The translations under genes and the position numbers were made by a program. Under the pieces are notes generated by a model that saw nothing but the letters and a program-made list of their open reading frames with translations, was not told the origin of the DNA and did not search any database. Below are positions 29,169-32,294 of a stretch of DNA of 32,294 bases, piece after piece; within the stretch, counting starts at the first letter, position 1, and the number at the start of each line of letters is the position of its first letter. The DNA comes from a virus (taxonomy: Duplodnaviria > Caudoviricetes): positions 1-32,294 of the IMG/VR virus record IMGVR_UViG_3300021425_000103; one strand, given 5' to 3'.

Positions 29169-29180
29169 TTTGAGGTAATC

Positions 29181-29372
29181 ATGGATTCAGAAACACTTAA
29201 GAAAAATTTTGAGGAGCAACTAGCTTCTACTGACAAGCAGATCAGAGAACTCGAAGAGAATCTGAAAAAAGCAAAAGAGTATAAAATTAAACTGGAGGGT
29301 GGTCTAGAAACTCTCGGTCTTCTAGAAAGTGAATCAGACCCAGACGTTCCAGCAGAAGCACCAACTGAATAA
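29181..29372 (+). CDS. Small coiled-coil protein (63 aa) upstream of gp13
   Basis: GAGGT SD before the ATG; heptad helix LKKNFEEQLASTDKQIRELEENLKKAKEYKIKLEGGLETL. Confidence 0.8.
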   Translation: MDSETLKKNFEEQLASTDKQIRELEENLKKAKEYKIKLEGGLETLGLLESESDPDVPAEAPTE

Positions 29373-29375
29373 ATA
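29369..29375 (+). promoter_or_regulatory. Late-promoter-like ATAAATA overlapping the stop codon of the 63-aa gene
   Basis: GAATAAATAC; it lies just upstream of the terminator, so function is doubtful. Confidence 0.4.
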
Positions 29376-29377
29376 CT

Positions 29378-29415
29378 AAATCCCTTCTTCCTAAATAGGT
29401 AAGAAGGGATTTTTT
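29378..29415 (+). terminator. Rho-independent terminator
   Basis: Perfect 12-bp inverted repeat AAATCCCTTCTT (29378-29389) / AAGAAGGGATTT (29401-29412), inner CCT-AAAT-AGG, T run at 29410-29415. Confidence 0.85.
29391..29397 (+). promoter_or_regulatory. Late promoter CTAAATA at the apex of the terminator hairpin, serving gp13
   Basis: CCTAAATAGG at the centre of the inverted repeat, 26 bp upstream of ATG 29423. Confidence 0.7.
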
Positions 29416-29422
29416 GTGTGTA

Positions 29423-30226
29423 ATGGCATCTCCAAATTCAAGAGCTGATCTCATAACATATTGCAAGAGGCAGCTTGGTGAGCCTGTCCTCCAAGTAAAT
29501 ATTGACGACGAGCAGGTCAATAACGTTATTGACGATACTATTCAGTTCTTTCAAGAGAACTGCTACAATGGTATGGAGCGTTGCTATCTTACACACGAAC
29601 TAACTGCTGCTGATAAGACTAGATTTGATACCACAGTTCAGACAACTGGTGGAGCATCAACTACTTGGAATGAAGCAACAAACTACATTCCAGTTCCTCC
29701 ACACGTTGTAGGTATCACTAAAGTCTTTGGTCTTGTCAGCAACTCAATCCGTTCTAATCTTTTTGGTGTTGAGTATCAACTATATCTAAATGACCTATAT
29801 GCATTTGGATCAATTGATATCCTCAACTATTTTATGACTAAGCAGTATCTTGAAACTCTTGATATGGTCCTCAACAATGGATCATTTCAGCAGTTCAGAT
29901 ACACCATGCGTCGTGATCGTTTGTATCTTGACGTGGATGCTGACTTCCTTGCCGAAGGTAAGTATCTACTTGTTGAAGCACATAGGATGATCGATCCTAA
30001 TGATGCTACTGAGATGTATAACGATATGTTTGTGAAGAAATACGCTACTGCTCTCATGAAGAAGCAGTGGGGTCAAAACCTAATCAAATACAATAATGTT
30101 CAACTGCCAGGTGGTATTACACTCAATGGCAGAGAACTATACACAGACGCACTAGCAGAAATTGAGAAAATCGAATCAGAAGTTCTCAGCAAGTATGCTA
30201 TTCCACCTATGGATATGATCGGATAA
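29423..30226 (+). CDS. gp13: Neck protein gp13 (267 aa)
   Basis: MASPNSRADLITYCKRQLGEPVLQVNIDDEQV...KKYATALMKKQWGQNLIKYNNVQLPGGITLNG...PPMDMIG; the ATG at 29423 is preferred over the TTG at 29414, which lies in the terminator T run. Confidence 0.95.
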   Translation: MASPNSRADLITYCKRQLGEPVLQVNIDDEQVNNVIDDTIQFFQENCYNGMERCYLTHELTAADKTRFDTTVQTTGGASTTWNEATNYIPVPPHVVGITKVFGLVSNSIRSNLFGVEYQLYLNDLYAFGSIDILNYFMTKQYLETLDMVLNNGSFQQFRYTMRRDRLYLDVDADFLAEGKYLLVEAHRMIDPNDATEMYNDMFVKKYATALMKKQWGQNLIKYNNVQLPGGITLNGRELYTDALAEIEKIESEVLSKYAIPPMDMIG

Positions 30227-30227
30227 G

Positions 30228-31361
30228 ATGCCTACTAGTCCTTACTTTCCAACATATTACAAGGGAGATTCTGACGAGCAGAATCTTTATCAAGATCTTG
30301 TAGATGAACAGATCAAACTGTTCGGGACAGATATCTATTATCTTCCCAGAACCATGCTACAAGATAATACTCTAGAAGAAGTAAGATACTCCAAGTATCA
30401 GGAGCAGTTTCAGATTGAGATGCTTCTACAAAACGTTACTGGATTTGCTGACGGAGCAGAGTTTGTCAGTAAGTTCGGTCTAAGAATTACAGACGAAGTT
30501 GTATTCAGAGTATCAACCAGACGTTGGGATCAGGTAGTAGCAGCAGAGAATCCTACTCTCACTTTTGATGGAAGACCCAATGAAGGAGATCTTCTATACT
30601 TCCCACTCACAACAGATATTTACGAAATCAAGTTCGTAGAAAAGGAATCACCATTCTTCCAGTTTGGTAAAATTCAATTCTATTCTATCACTGCTGAGCT
30701 CTACGAAATCGGTAGCGATGACTTTAATACTGGAGTTGAGGAGATTGATGATGTAGAATTCCAATTCGCATCTTCAATCAAACTTGTTATGGATCCTGGT
30801 GGAGTCGGAAACTTCACCGTTGGAGAAGAAGTTGTTGGTGATGAGTTCCTAGCCAAGGCATCAGCAACTATTGATTCTAACACTAATGTTGTAGATAGCA
30901 TTACCATCACTGACAGCGGACTACATTACAATTCTGCATTACCACCTACAGTTACAATCTCAGGAGGCGGAGGAAATGGTGCAACAGCGACTGCTTCGGT
31001 TAGTTCTACTGGTCTTGTCACTGGCATTCTTATTACATCTGGGGGCACAGGTTACACTTCTGCTCCTACTGTCACGATTGACTACTCCCCCAAAGATAAT
31101 AGAGCAGAAGTCAAGTCCTGGGATGCTGCTACAAGAACCCTTGAGGTCATCAACAGAACTGGAACATTCACAACTGCTGAGGTAATTACAGGTCAAACTT
31201 CTGGTGCTAAGTGGAGTCCCGAGTCATTTGACACTCTAAATAATACGAGCAGCACATACTACGCCCAGAATAGGGAGATTGAAAATAGTGCTGATGAGAT
31301 TATCGACTGGACGGAAGGTAATCCATTTGGTGAGTATGGTAATTTTACAGGTAGTATCTAA
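30228..31361 (+). CDS. gp14: Neck protein gp14 (377 aa) with inserted beta modules
   Basis: EQNLYQDLVDEQIKLFGTDIYYLPR...SKFGLRITDE...RPNEGDLLYFP...EIKFVEKESPFFQFGK...C-terminal IIDWTEGNPFG. Confidence 0.93.
   Translation: MPTSPYFPTYYKGDSDEQNLYQDLVDEQIKLFGTDIYYLPRTMLQDNTLEEVRYSKYQEQFQIEMLLQNVTGFADGAEFVSKFGLRITDEVVFRVSTRRWDQVVAAENPTLTFDGRPNEGDLLYFPLTTDIYEIKFVEKESPFFQFGKIQFYSITAELYEIGSDDFNTGVEEIDDVEFQFASSIKLVMDPGGVGNFTVGEEVVGDEFLAKASATIDSNTNVVDSITITDSGLHYNSALPPTVTISGGGGNGATATASVSSTGLVTGILITSGGTGYTSAPTVTIDYSPKDNRAEVKSWDAATRTLEVINRTGTFTTAEVITGQTSGAKWSPESFDTLNNTSSTYYAQNREIENSADEIIDWTEGNPFGEYGNFTGSI
31236..31242 (+). promoter_or_regulatory. Possible internal late promoter (CTAAATA) for gp15
   Basis: Inside the 3' end of gp14, about 120 bp upstream of the gp15 start; could be a chance match. 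Confidence 0.4.
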
Positions 31362-32158
31362 TGTTAGGGTCACATTTTTACAATCAGATTGTTCGTAAGA
31401 ACATTATTGCGTTCGGAACGCTCTTCAATAACATTGAAATGAAGAGCACTGATCCTGACACTGGAGAAGTATTAGAAGCACAGAAAGTTCCTCTTGCTTA
31501 CGGACCTAAGCAGAAGTTTCTTGTTCGTCTAACTGATGTTTCAACATCAAAGGTATCCATCACTCTTCCTCGAATTTATTTCGAGATGACTAGCATTGAT
31601 TACGATTCTGCCCGTAAGACATCACCAATCCAAAAATACAAAACAATCATTGCTGATAATGGTAATGAAGTCAAGGTTCAATATGTTCCTGTTCCTTATA
31701 ACATAGGATTTGAGTTGGGAATTATTGCTAAGTCTCAGGATGATGCTCTACAAATTCTAGAGCAGATCTTACCATACTTCCAACCATCATTCTCTGTAAC
31801 TCTCAACATGATTCCAGACATGAATGAGAAAAGAGACGTTGCTATTGTATTGAACAATATCAGCAGCGAAGATGAGTGGGATGATAGTTTTATGCAGCGT
31901 AGGTATATTGCTTACACTCTAAACTTCACAATGAAGTCTTACCTCTACGGTCCTTACAGCACTTCTGATATTATCAGGAAGGCAATTATCCATGAAACAA
32001 TTGGAGATCTTGCTGTCAATCGTAGAACCATTACAAGAACTTACACACCAAAGGCAGTTACAGATATCAACTCAGATGGTGTCATTGATGTCAATGATGA
32101 TGTCTTGGTTGATGCTGGCGATGACTTTGGATTTAATGAAGGAATTGAATTCTTATGA
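31361..32158 (+). CDS. gp15: Tail sheath stabiliser / tail completion protein gp15 (265 aa)
   Basis: HFYNQIVRKNIIAFGTLFNNI...KVPLAYGPKQKFL...LPRIYFEM...PVPYNI.FEL...DDALQILEQILPYFQP...YLYGP; TAATG overlap with gp14. Confidence 0.95.
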   Translation: MLGSHFYNQIVRKNIIAFGTLFNNIEMKSTDPDTGEVLEAQKVPLAYGPKQKFLVRLTDVSTSKVSITLPRIYFEMTSIDYDSARKTSPIQKYKTIIADNGNEVKVQYVPVPYNIGFELGIIAKSQDDALQILEQILPYFQPSFSVTLNMIPDMNEKRDVAIVLNNISSEDEWDDSFMQRRYIAYTLNFTMKSYLYGPYSTSDIIRKAIIHETIGDLAVNRRTITRTYTPKAVTDINSDGVIDVNDDVLVDAGDDFGFNEGIEFL

Positions 32159-32294
32159 GCCTAGAAGAGAACATGGAGGAGATCCTCAATATCAGTGCTG
32201 AACCAGTTGAGGAGAGCAAACCTTCCAAACCAAAACCACCAGAGGTAGATAAGGACGATCGTGAGAAAGACTACCAATATACCAGAGGCGAACT
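32155..32294 (+). CDS. gp16: Terminase small subunit gp16, 3' truncated by the window edge
   Basis: ATG at 32155 overlaps the gp15 stop (ATGA); translates to MSLEENMEEILNISAEPVEESKPSKPKPPEVDKDDREKDYQYTRGE..., with the KDY.YTRG motif of cyanophage gp16 and the expected position after gp15. Absent from the ORF track. Confidence 0.85.
   Translation, partial: MSLEENMEEILNISAEPVEESKPSKPKPPEVDKDDREKDYQYTRGE

Noticed and set aside
111-31196. Many 60-127 aa minus-strand ORFs in the ORF track
   Set aside because: Essentially all lie antisense to long + strand genes and read as shadows of Thr/Gly/Ser codon bias (Val/Pro/Leu/Ser-rich), with no recognisable motifs or expression signals.
31992-32201. 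69-aa + strand ORF across the gp15/gp16 junction
   Set aside because: Out of frame with both gp15 and the real gp16 start at 32155.
1-32294. tRNA, rRNA or structured ncRNA genes
   Set aside because: Intergenic gaps are all under about 60 bp and no cloverleaf or rRNA-like sequence was seen.

Overview
This window is the late structural module of a T4-like marine myophage, most likely a cyanomyovirus (Kyanoviridae-type gene content and order). All credible genes are on the + strand. Order: 3' end of a gp7-like baseplate wedge gene, gp8, a 2703-aa VrlC/DUF4815-like protein, a 68-aa protein, a 1402-aa structural protein, a 166-aa protein, a 2926-aa fibre/spike, a 138-aa fibre-like adaptor, a tail-fibre assembly chaperone, a Gly-rich adhesin-like protein, four 2OG-Fe(II) oxygenase-like genes, a 63-aa coiled-coil protein, neck gp13 and gp14, gp15, and the 5' end of terminase small subunit gp16. 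T4-type late promoter boxes (TATAAATA/ATAAATA/CTAAATA) punctuate the module. The most striking observation is that the 2926-aa fibre carries two tandem helical domains that align by eye with phycobiliprotein subunits and keep cysteines at both the 84-like and beta-155-like bilin attachment positions. Also notable: an intact type-1 (blue) copper ligand set in the 1402-aa protein, a three-tier fibre-tip relay ending in a Gly-rich adhesin with three Trp repeats next to an oxygenase cluster, and a late promoter box inside a terminator hairpin. Family assignments come from motif recognition and recalled reference sequences only; no searches were run.
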